A DNA stretch of 29,645 bases from assembly GCA_964016885.1 (NCBI GenBank), contig CAXHJY010000388.1:1-29645 (forward strand), given 5' to 3'. Position numbers and translations under genes: made by a program. Source of the stretch: Eledone cirrhosa. Taxonomy: Eukaryota. The notes beneath the pieces are model-generated. The model saw only the letters and a program-made list of their open reading frames with translations. It was not told the DNA's origin and searched no databases. Below, piece by piece: positions 1-13,860 of the stretch (the stretch's first letter is position 1; each line of letters opens with the position of its first letter).

Positions 1-90
1 ATATTTTTTTATATATATATATATATTTTTTTTATATATATATATATTTTTTTATATATATATATATTTTTTATATATATATATATATAT

Positions 91-135
<45 letters not shown>

Positions 136-136
136 T

Positions 137-174
<38 letters not shown>

Positions 175-221
175 TATATATATATATATATTATATATAT
201 ATATATTTATATATATATATT

Positions 222-271
<50 letters not shown>

Positions 272-360
272 ATAATATATATATATATATATATAATATA
301 TATTATATATATATATTTATATATATATATATAATTTATATATATATATATATATAATAT

Positions 361-418
<58 letters not shown>

Positions 419-486
419 TATATATTATATATATATTTATATATATATATTTATATATATATATATATATATTTAATATATATATT

Positions 487-520
<34 letters not shown>

Positions 521-572
521 TATATATATATATTTATATATATATATATATATTATATTTATATATATATAT

Positions 573-609
<37 letters not shown>

Positions 610-724
610 ATTATATATTATATATATTATATATATTATATATTATATATTTATATATATATATTTATATATATATATATTTATATATATATTATATATA
701 TATTTATATATATATATTTATATA

Positions 725-802
<78 letters not shown>

Positions 803-828
803 ATATATTATATATTTATATATATATT

Positions 829-866
<38 letters not shown>

Positions 867-997
867 TTTTTTTTATATATATATATATTTTTATTTTATA
901 TATATATATATATATTTTTTTATATATATATTTTATATATATATATATATTTTTTTATATATATTTTTGTATATATATATATATATATATATATATA
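1..997. repeat. (TA)n microsatellite with TTTA/poly-T interruptions
   Basis: Almost pure alternating TA, read directly. Confidence 0.98.
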
Positions 998-1202
998 ACG
1001 AAGGAAATGTGGTAAGGAACCAGGTGGACCATGACGCACCAAAGTACTCAATACTTGAGGTAGTAGAGTGGGTAATAGGAACCAGTAAGACCCCGACAGC
1101 TGAGCTCAAGCCGTTTCGACGGCTAATTCTGGACGCTAATGAGTCCAGAATTAGCCGTCGAAACGGCTTGAGCTCAGCTGTCAGGGTCTTACTGGTTCCT
1201 AT
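998..1202 (-). mobile_element. Very short PLE-type remnant: inverted repeat (arms 1075-1134 and 1143-1202, 8-nt loop) plus ~77-nt unpaired tail (998-1074)
   Basis: The 60-bp arms are reverse complements with one mismatch. They contain GAAAC-GGCT-TGAGCTC-AGCT-GTC, which looks like hammerhead stem III with a GUC site, and CTAATGA lies in the loop. The hairpin-plus-tail layout matches the two clearer PLEs. Confidence 0.6.
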
Positions 1203-2597
<1,395 letters not shown>

Positions 2598-2738
2598 TAG
2601 TCAATGGCAACATTGAGGACCGAGTAAGTTAGATTACCGATATAAAAGACAGCGAGAAGCGAAAACCAACCAGTGAGTGTGTTCTGTTATTAATTCTGGC
2701 AATATTACACAAATATGACCCTCCCCAAGTATAACAAT
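2598..2738. other. Unidentified ~140-bp non-TA island, probably a transposon fragment
   Basis: Complex sequence bounded by TA on both sides. No ORF, tail or ribozyme core recognised. Confidence 0.35.
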
Positions 2739-2747
2739 ATATATATA

Positions 2748-2795
<48 letters not shown>

Positions 2796-2829
2796 GATAT
2801 ATATATTTATATATATATATAGATATATA

Positions 2830-2899
<70 letters not shown>

Positions 2900-2996
2900 T
2901 ATATATATTATTTATTATATATATATATATATATAGATATATATATATATATAGATATATATATAGATATATATATTTATAGTATATATATATATA

Positions 2997-3033
<37 letters not shown>

Positions 3034-3046
3034 TATATATATATAT

Positions 3047-3079
<33 letters not shown>

Positions 3080-3104
3080 TATATATATTTATATATATAT
3101 ATAG

Positions 3105-3190
<86 letters not shown>

Positions 3191-3213
3191 TATATATATT
3201 TATATATATATAT

Positions 3214-3246
<33 letters not shown>

Positions 3247-3607
3247 TATATATATTTATATATATTATATAGATATATATATTTATATATATATATAGAT
3301 ATATATATTTATATATATATATAGATATATATATTTATTTATATATATAGATATATATATATATATATTTATATATAGATATATATATATATTTATATAT
3401 ATATATAGATATATATATATATTTATATATATATATAGATATATATATATATTTATATATATATATAGATATATATATTTATATATAGATATATATATTT
3501 ATATATATATATAGATATATATATTTATATATATATATAGATATATATATTTATATATATATATAGATATATATATTTATATATATATATAGATATATAT
3601 ATTTATT

Positions 3608-3638
<31 letters not shown>

Positions 3639-3943
3639 ATATTTATTTATATATATAGATATATATAGATATATTTATTTATATATATATAGATATATTT
3701 ATATATATATATTTATTTATATATATAGATATATATAGATATATTTATTTATATATATATAGATATATTTATATATATATATATAGATATATTTATATAT
3801 ATATATATTTATTTATATATATAGATATATATAGATATATTTTTTATATATATATAGATATATATATATATATTTATTTATATATATATAATTATTTATA
3901 TATATATATATATATTTTTATTTATATATATATATATTTATTT

Positions 3944-3977
<34 letters not shown>

Positions 3978-4058
3978 TTTTATTTATATATATATATTTT
4001 TTATTTATATATATATATTTATTTATATATATATTTTTATTTATATATTATATTTATT

Positions 4059-4157
<99 letters not shown>

Positions 4158-4231
4158 TATATATATATATAGATATATATATATATAGATATATATATTT
4201 ATATATATATATATATATATATAGATATATA

Positions 4232-4296
<65 letters not shown>

Positions 4297-4604
4297 TTAG
4301 ATATATATATATATAGATATAGATATTTATTTATATATATATATTTATTTAGATATATATATATATATATTTATTTAGATATATATATATATATATTTAT
4401 TTAGATATATATATATATATATTTATTTATATATATATACTTATTTAGATATATATAATATATATATTTATTTATATATATATACTTATTTAGATATATA
4501 TATATATATATTTATTTATATATATATACTTATTTATATATATATACTTATTTATATATATATATACTTATTTATATATATATACTTATTTATATATATA
4601 TACT

Positions 4605-4662
<58 letters not shown>

Positions 4663-4758
4663 CATATATATATATTTATTTATATATATATACTTATATA
4701 TATATATATATATATTATATACATATATATATATTTATTTATATATATATACTTATAT

Positions 4759-4821
<63 letters not shown>

Positions 4822-4879
4822 TATATATATATAGATATTTATTTATATATAGATATTTATTTATATATATATATTTATT

Positions 4880-4911
<32 letters not shown>

Positions 4912-4947
4912 TATTTATATATATATATTTATTTATATATATATATT

Positions 4948-4996
<49 letters not shown>

Positions 4997-5222
4997 ATAT
5001 AATTTATATATATATATATTATATATATATATTTATATATATATATATTTTATATATATATTTATTATATATATATATATTTATATATATATATTTATAT
5101 ATATATATTTATATATATATATTTATATATAATATATTTATATATATTTATATATATATATTTATTTATATATATTTATTTATATATATATATTTACTTA
5201 TATATATATATTTACTTATATA

Positions 5223-5293
<71 letters not shown>

Positions 5294-5387
5294 GATATTT
5301 ATTTATATTATATATATATATATTTATTTATATATATATTTATATATATATATATATATATTTATGTATATATACATATATATATAT
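2739..5387. repeat. (TA)n microsatellite with TAGA, TTTA and TACTTA variant domains
   Basis: Read directly. Confidence 0.97.
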
Positions 5388-5565
5388 ATTAGGAAAATAA
5401 ACCAAAGAAACCTTCAATACATCAAACGTCTTTATTAGCCAACAATGTTTCGTCCTATTAATGACTCATCAGGGCATTTAAAGCTATAAGAAGCACTATC
5501 CGCCAATACAAGCCGAAAACTAAGAAGAATCATGGAGTGTACATAGATTAAATCATAGGAAAATA
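5388..5565 (-). repeat. Inverted copy of the PLE pseudo-LTR (partner 7910-8086)
   Basis: For example, AGGAAAATAAACCAAAGAAACCTTCAATACATC pairs with GATGTATTGAAGGCTTCTTTGGTTTATTTTCAT. Confidence 0.95.
5438..5475 (-). ncRNA. Minimal type I hammerhead ribozyme, core intact
   Basis: The minus strand reads GCC-CUGAUGA-GUC-AUUAAUAG-GAC-GAAA-C-AUU-GUU-GGC: stem I GCC/GGC, stem II GUC/GAC, minimal stem III and a GUU cleavage triplet. Confidence 0.85.
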
Positions 5566-5586
5566 CTCATAGGAAAATAATCATAG

Positions 5587-6237
5587 AAAAATGTAATTAA
5601 ACTTTCATTCTCTACCACCCCTAACATTAGTTCTCATTTAGCCAGCACTAACAACGGGAAAATTAGGGATGGATACTCCTCTCTACGTGGTACTAGTTAG
5701 AATAGATCCGTAAATGCCTTACCACCAGAGCAGACTTTATCTCATAGTAATCCTATGTGCGATGTATCACTACTTCAGCCGATCAATAACACCCGGAAGT
5801 GTAACTGTAGAGTGAGTGCTAACTGCCCTTTAAACGGTAAGTGCCTCTCTAAGAACATCGTTTATGCTTGTGTGGTTAAAACTAATTCTTTTAATAGCAC
5901 GTATATAGGCTCTACATCTAACACTTTTAAGACTAGGTTTAATTCTCATATCTCTAATTTTAAACATATTAAGTTTAAGAATTCTACTTCTTTAGCACAC
6001 CATATCTGGGATCTTAAGGGGGCTAATATACCATATAGCCTTAGTTGGCGTATAGTAGCACGCTCTAATAACCTTTCAACACATACTAAATTTTGCAATC
6101 TCTGTATCCTTGAGACCCACTCTATAATTTTCTCTAGGGAAACCTTACTTAATAGAAAGTCTGAGATATTCTCTTCTTGCCCCCTACGCCATTTTAAATT
6201 CTTACTTTTATTAAACCTAAAGGTTCTAGTAGTGTAA
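5587..6237 (+). pseudogene. PLE polyprotein C-terminus: RT thumb/linker remnant plus GIY-YIG endonuclease (open part 5755-6237)
   Basis: CNCRVSANCPLNGKC (CxCx5C), IVY...YIGST...FKTRFNSH, HIWDLK, CNLCILE, LNRKSE. The same frame continues upstream as IKLSFSTTPNISSHL, with an in-frame TAG at 5698-5700. The RT core is missing. Confidence 0.88.
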
Positions 6238-7909
6238 ATTGTATCCATTAGCTGCTACATTCCCTTATCTTTTTAGTTATGGTTTATTATGTTTACCACC
6301 ATCATTATCATCATTTTTATCATTGGCTTTTGACAGCTTTTCATTATAGCTTTCATAACCTTTTGGCTACCATACCATTTCTATCTTCTTAAATATTATA
6401 TTTTCACTAATAACACCTTATGAGTTTATATCTGATTATATATTTTATTTTATTTTATATTATTCTATTTTATTTTATTTGGATTCTTCTTTGGATAACT
6501 AAACCCCCCCCCCCACACACACACACATACATACTTGTCACTCGCCCCTTCAAATATACTATAATTATATCCAATTCCCTTTTACGCTCCTTTCTATTGT
6601 ATAATACAGTATGTTGTTTATGATTTTATGCTCTTTCATACCCTCCATACATTTCTTTTTTCTGTCCCCATTGGCCTACCATAACTCTATTTAAAGTCTG
6701 TTTATTAGATAACGTTATTCAACTGATAGTTGAATATTTCATTTTTTCCAGATATATTTTTATAGTGATATCTTTAAATTCGGGGATTTTGATTACTTAA
6801 ACCATAGCTAATTTTGTATGGACTTATTATGTATTTTAAGTACTTTCAATATTAATTAATTTAATAGGGTTTTCTAGTCATTTATCCGGTTTGTTTCCTA
6901 ATTTTTTTACTTAACTGCATGTGACACCTAAGTAAATACTTTTGTTTTTGTTTTTCAATTTCCGGTTGATTGTATTTATTTATATATACTACCGTGCGTA
7001 GTCTGGCTGGCTCTCATTCACTTATTCACAATCTTTCTCCACCAACCATGTAATTATGTATATTATACTATGTTCAATATTTTATATTGAAATTTTATAT
7101 CATTCCACTCTTTGTAAACGTTCTACTGATCTTTATTATTTACCGATTATTAAATGTACCATTATGTTATGTTAAATTCTGTAAATCCTGTAATGTTTAT
7201 ATTTTTATAATTCTTGTAATGTTTGGATAATATTTATTTACACCAACTGTATAGAAATTTGATCTATTTTCTTGCATGGTTTTGATATTTTTCCAACATA
7301 ATTTTTCCAATATAATTTAGTTCTGTACAATATTTTTTCTCACCCGGACTGTAAATCTATATGATTTGTTAAGTTATATGCCATTATATTATAATATTGT
7401 GATTTTAGTGTTATTGTAACATTTATATTGTTTGTGCAAATTAACCGGAGATTATCTATTATATAATTATATAGTTTATTATATATTTTATGCTTACTTT
7501 TAATCATTTATTCTTCATTTTATACTGTAAATATTATATGTATTATATTTTAATTTTATTTTCATTTGTATTTTTATTTTTATTTGTATTATTATTATTC
7601 TTATTTAAACTCTTAATAAGGGTTAGTTTGTGCTTCTATTGATGGAAATCTGTATTGATATATATGTATATATGTGTACATATGTATATATATATGTATA
7701 TTGGGCCTTTTAACATTATTATTATTATCATTATTAATTATATTATATTATATTATATTATATATAGTACAATAATTCCCGCTCTATATCACCACCTCTG
7801 TTTTAGCTCAAGTTTTTGCATTGGACTATATTTGTAATATGGTTCAAAATGTTACTTACTTCCTTAGCAATTTCACTTGATAATTTTTACTTGATAATTT
7901 TTACCCGAT

Positions 7910-8086
7910 TATTTTCCTATGATTTAATCTATGTACACTCCATATTCTTCTGAGTTTTCGGCTTGTATTGGCTGATAGTGCTTCTTATAGCTTTAATTGC
8001 CCTGATGAGTCCTTAATAGGACAAAACATTGTTGGCTAATAAAGACTTTTGATGTATTGAAGGCTTCTTTGGTTTATTTTCATAAT
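7910..8086 (+). repeat. 3' pseudo-LTR of the PLE
   Basis: Reverse complement of 5388-5565; hammerhead followed by AATAAA. Confidence 0.92.
7999..8036 (+). ncRNA. Minimal hammerhead ribozyme, mutated copy (GAAA>AAAA)
   Basis: GCC-CTGATGA-GTCC-TTAATA-GGAC-AAAA-CATTGTT-GGC. Stem II is a perfect 4 bp, but the conserved G12 is A. Confidence 0.8.
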
Positions 8087-8186
8087 TCTTCGGCTCTGTT
8101 TAATTACATTGAGATATACCTTTACGGTCATTTCTATAATACGAAGAGGGTGTTTAACTCCAACACACTCTAGTATTTCAATTCTT

Positions 8187-8393
8187 ATATATATATATAT
8201 TTATTTATATATATATATTTATTTATATATTTATTTATATATATATATTTATTTATATATTTATTTATATATATATATTTATTTATATATTTATTTATAT
8301 ATATATATTTATTTATATATTTATTTATATATTTATTTATATATATATATATTTATTTATATATTTATTTATATATATATATATTTATTTATA

Positions 8394-8424
<31 letters not shown>

Positions 8425-8507
8425 TTATTTATTTATATATATTTATATATATATATTTATTTATTTATATATTTATTTATATATTTATATATATATATTT
8501 ATTTATT

Positions 8508-8541
<34 letters not shown>

Positions 8542-8563
8542 TATTTATTTATATATATATATT

Positions 8564-8601
<38 letters not shown>

Positions 8602-9038
8602 TATTTATTTATATATATATATATTTATATATATATATTTATTTATTTATATATATATATATTTATATATATATATTTATTTATTTATATATATATATAT
8701 TTATATATATATATTTATTTATTTATATATATATATATTTATATATATATATTTATTTATTTATATATATATATATTTATATATATATATTATTTATTTA
8801 TATATATATATATTTATATATATATATATTTATTTATTTATATATATATATATTTATATATATATATATTTATTTATTTATATATATATATATTTATATA
8901 TATATATTTATTTATTTATATATATATATATTTATATATATATATATATTTATTTATATATATATTTATATATATATATTTATTTATTTATATATATATT
9001 TATATATATATATTTATTTATTTATATATATATATATT

Positions 9039-9091
<53 letters not shown>

Positions 9092-9246
9092 ATTTATATA
9101 TTTATTTATATATATATATATATATATTTATTTATATATATATATATATTTATTTATATATATATATATATATTTATTTATATATATATATATTTATATA
9201 TTTATTTATATATATATATATATATATTTATTTATATATATATATA

Positions 9247-9277
<31 letters not shown>

Positions 9278-9500
9278 TTATTTATATATATATATATATT
9301 TATTTATATATATATTTATTTATATATATATATATATTTATTATATATATATTTATTTATATATATATATTTATTTATATATTTATTTATATATATATAT
9401 TTATTTATATATTTATTTATATATATATATTTATTTATTTATATATATATATATTTATATATATATATTTATTTATTTATATATATATATATATTTATAT
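8187..9500. repeat. (TA)n/(TTTA)n compound microsatellite
   Basis: Read directly. Confidence 0.98.
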
Positions 9501-12214
9501 CATCATCATCATCATCATCATCACCGTTTTACGTCCGTTCTTCCACGCTAGCATGGGTTAGACGGGTTGTCTGTTGTGGGCAGTGTCTGGTCGGCTGACC
9601 ATGCCTTGCTCATACAGGAACTGATCTGGCTTGATTTCTACAGCTGGATGCCCTTCCTAACACCAACCTCATTTACAGTGAGTGCTGGGTGCTTTTTCGT
9701 GGCGCCTACACGTCCACTTTACAGTGTGGGCTGGGTGCTTTTTTTGCCGTGGCACCTCCACGACCACCTTGCGGTGGGGGGGGGGCATATTGTTTATATG
9801 CTTCAGCATGTACCCATGGGAGGTCGGGTACCCTGTATTACTGCGTGACGCCAGAAGTCACGGTCGTGTGTCATTGACTTTGAGAGGTGTAGTTGGGTAA
9901 GGTCGGCTTTTATCACCTCATCCCAAGTCATCTTGGGTCTCCCCACTCCGCGGTTTCCATCAACTTCTAGTGCTCTGCACCTTTTTATGCAGCTGTCATC
10001 CTTCATACGCATCACATGTCCATACCAGCGTAACCGCCTCTCCTGCACGCAGCATTTGATTCCTCTTATGCTCAGTCTCTCTCTCAATTCATTTATGCTT
10101 TGTCGTTCACGTATATTACTGTTACACATCCGTCGGAGCATGCAGGCTTCGTTTCTCTCTAATCTACGTAAGTCTTCCACCTTCAGCGCCCAGGTCTCAC
10201 TACCATGCAACATCGCTGTTCGGATACACGCATCATACAGTCTGCCTTTCATTCTGAGGGAGAAGCCTTTTGCAGCTAGCAGTGGTAGTAGTTCCCTAAA
10301 CTTCTTCCATCCCGTTCTTACCCTAGTTATTGTACTTTCTGAGCACCCACCTCCGTTGCTAATTCGGTCACCTAGGTAGCAGAAGCTGTCTACTGTTTCT
10401 ACAGGGCCCTCCAGAGATTGGTGGTACTTGTTTCCTGTGGCTGTTTGCTTGCTGTTTCAGCACAGCTGCTGCATGTGAATCCTACATTCTTAATTAAGCT
10501 TCCTGAGATCCCGCTACATCTCTTGTGTACCCATTGTTTGCATTTGGGGCAAAGAATGGAGTTCCTACCTACACCTTTCCTACATACTGAGCAAGGCCAT
10601 TTCCCTGAGGGGATCTGGGTTCTGTTTTCTCGTCTACTTATAAGGACCTTAGTCTTTGTCATGTTGACTTTGAGGCCCTTTCTCTCTAGTCCCTGCTTCC
10701 AGGTTTGGAATTTATTCTCTAGTTCTACCATAGATTCAGCTATGAGTGCGAGGTCATCAGCATACAGGAGTTCCCATGGGCATCCGGTCTTAAACTCCTC
10801 CGTTATTGCCTGCAGGACTATGATGAACAGGAGAGGGCTAAGAACAGAGCCCTGGTGGACCCCAACCTGTACGCTAAATCCTCGCTATACTCATTGCCAA
10901 TCCTAACTTGCTGACTGCTCCCCTATACATGGCTTGTACCGCTTTCACAAGCCATTCATCTACTCCTAGTTTTCTAAGAGCCCACCAGATTACTGCACGT
11001 GGAACTCTGTCAAAGGCTTTCTCAAGGTCGACAAATGCCAAGTAGAGTGGCTTACTTTTAGCTAGGTACTTTTCCTGTAATTGCCTCACAAGGAAGAGCG
11101 CATCAGTGGTGCCTTCCCTGGTACAAACCCAAATTGCATCTCGTCTATATTCACCCGGTCCCTAATCAGCTGTGCTATAACTCATTCTGTTACTTCATGA
11201 CCTGGTCCATCAACTTTATACCTCTATAGTTTCCTCTATCTAGTGCATCGCCTTACCTTTGTAGCAGTTGACAATGATGCTACTGCACCAATCTTTTGGT
11301 ATGGCCCCCTCTAGTATTACCTGGTTAACAATACGTGTGGTTATAGTGTGACCTACAGACCCAGATGCCTTCAGCATCTCGGCAGCTATACCCGATGGAC
11401 CGGTTGCCTTCCCTATCTTCATATCTCTGATTGCCTTACTTACTACGCTGCCGCTGACTTGTACTGCTGGTCCCTCTATAGGGTCTACGTGGGGTAGGGT
11501 CTCTTCTTCCCATGCATTCTCCTCATTTAGTAATCTATCATAATGACTCTTCCATGCATCTTTCTTCTCAGAACTTGTGAGGGCAAGCTCACCTTTATCA
11601 TTCCGGATACACTTCTCTCCAATGACATCACAACTATCTCTGACACACTGCCTCGCAATCTTGAATACCTCCTGTTTCTGGTCCTCACGTTGTAAAACAT
11701 GCTTGAATTTTCTATCCTCTGCTTCCCTCCTAGCTAAGTATACTTGTCGCCTAGCTTCCCTCTTGGTCTCTATGTAATGTACCCTGCTCCCCCCGTTCTT
11801 CCATTCTTTCCATGCCTGTCTCTTGGCCTTGACTGCTTCATCTACCTTATTGTTCCACCACCAAGTCACTCTCCTCCTGCTTGAGGTCTTACTCCAGCCA
11901 CAAACCTCATCCGTCGCCTCTAGTAAGTTATTTTTTAGGAACTCCCAGTTCTCTTCTACGTTAAATGTCTCTATCTGTTCTTCTTTACTGTCGTAGGCGT
12001 TGAGTAAAATATCTTTAAATCTGTTACTGGTTGAGGGGACTTTCAGCTTCCAGATCTTTCTTCTCCAGGTTGGCCTCTGTTTCAGGGCTCGTCTAGTTCT
12101 GACCGTGAGGTCGCTGACAACTAAGCTATGTTGGGATGTACATTCCTCACTAGGGAAGGCTTTTGTGTTTACGACCGTCCATCTGTCACGTCCTCTGATG
12201 AGGATAAAATCTAT
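9501..12214 (-). mobile_element. RTE-clade LINE, subfamily A, 5'-truncated, (GAT)n tail
   Basis: (CAT)n at 9501-9523 and a ~280-bp 3' UTR. ORF pieces contain [42 protein letters not shown] and [11 protein letters not shown]. Confidence 0.95.
9803..12214 (-). pseudogene. RTE EN-RT ORF remnant (end of APE domain, RT, PHD-like insert, C-terminus), frameshifted
   Basis: Begins IDFILIR...[14 protein letters not shown] (APE C-terminus). ORF-track fragments are 11240-11869, 10874-11089, 10399-10731 and 9803-10252. Confidence 0.92.

Positions 12215-13860
<1,646 letters not shown>

Larger units (their letters stand above)
5388..8186 (+). mobile_element. 5'-truncated Penelope-like retroelement (Naiad type) with inverted 5' pseudo-LTR
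   Basis: GIY-YIG ORF. 5388-5565 is the reverse complement of 7910-8086 (about 9 differences), with a hammerhead core in both copies. A ~100-nt tail (8087-8186) follows. Confidence 0.9.

Noticed and set aside
5698-5700. Possible selenocysteine recoding in the Naiad ORF
   Set aside because: The stop is TAG, not TGA, and lies in the variable linker rather than at a Cys position.
6420-7837. Small ORFs 6420-6623 and 7655-7837
   Set aside because: Low-complexity AT-rich sequence with no motifs.
5388-8086. DNA transposon with terminal inverted repeats
   Set aside because: The repeat is not terminal on the right (100-nt tail), contains a hammerhead, and flanks a GIY-YIG rather than a transposase; this fits a PLE.
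9567-11777. Plus-strand ORFs overlapping the RTE copies (and equivalents in other copies)
   Set aside because: They are antisense or UTR shadows of the LINE ORF with no recognisable motifs, and recur only because the element is repeated.
12193-12211. CTGATGAG resembling a hammerhead core
   Set aside because: No stem II/GAAA/stem I follows; it is the antisense of the codons for DFILIR.
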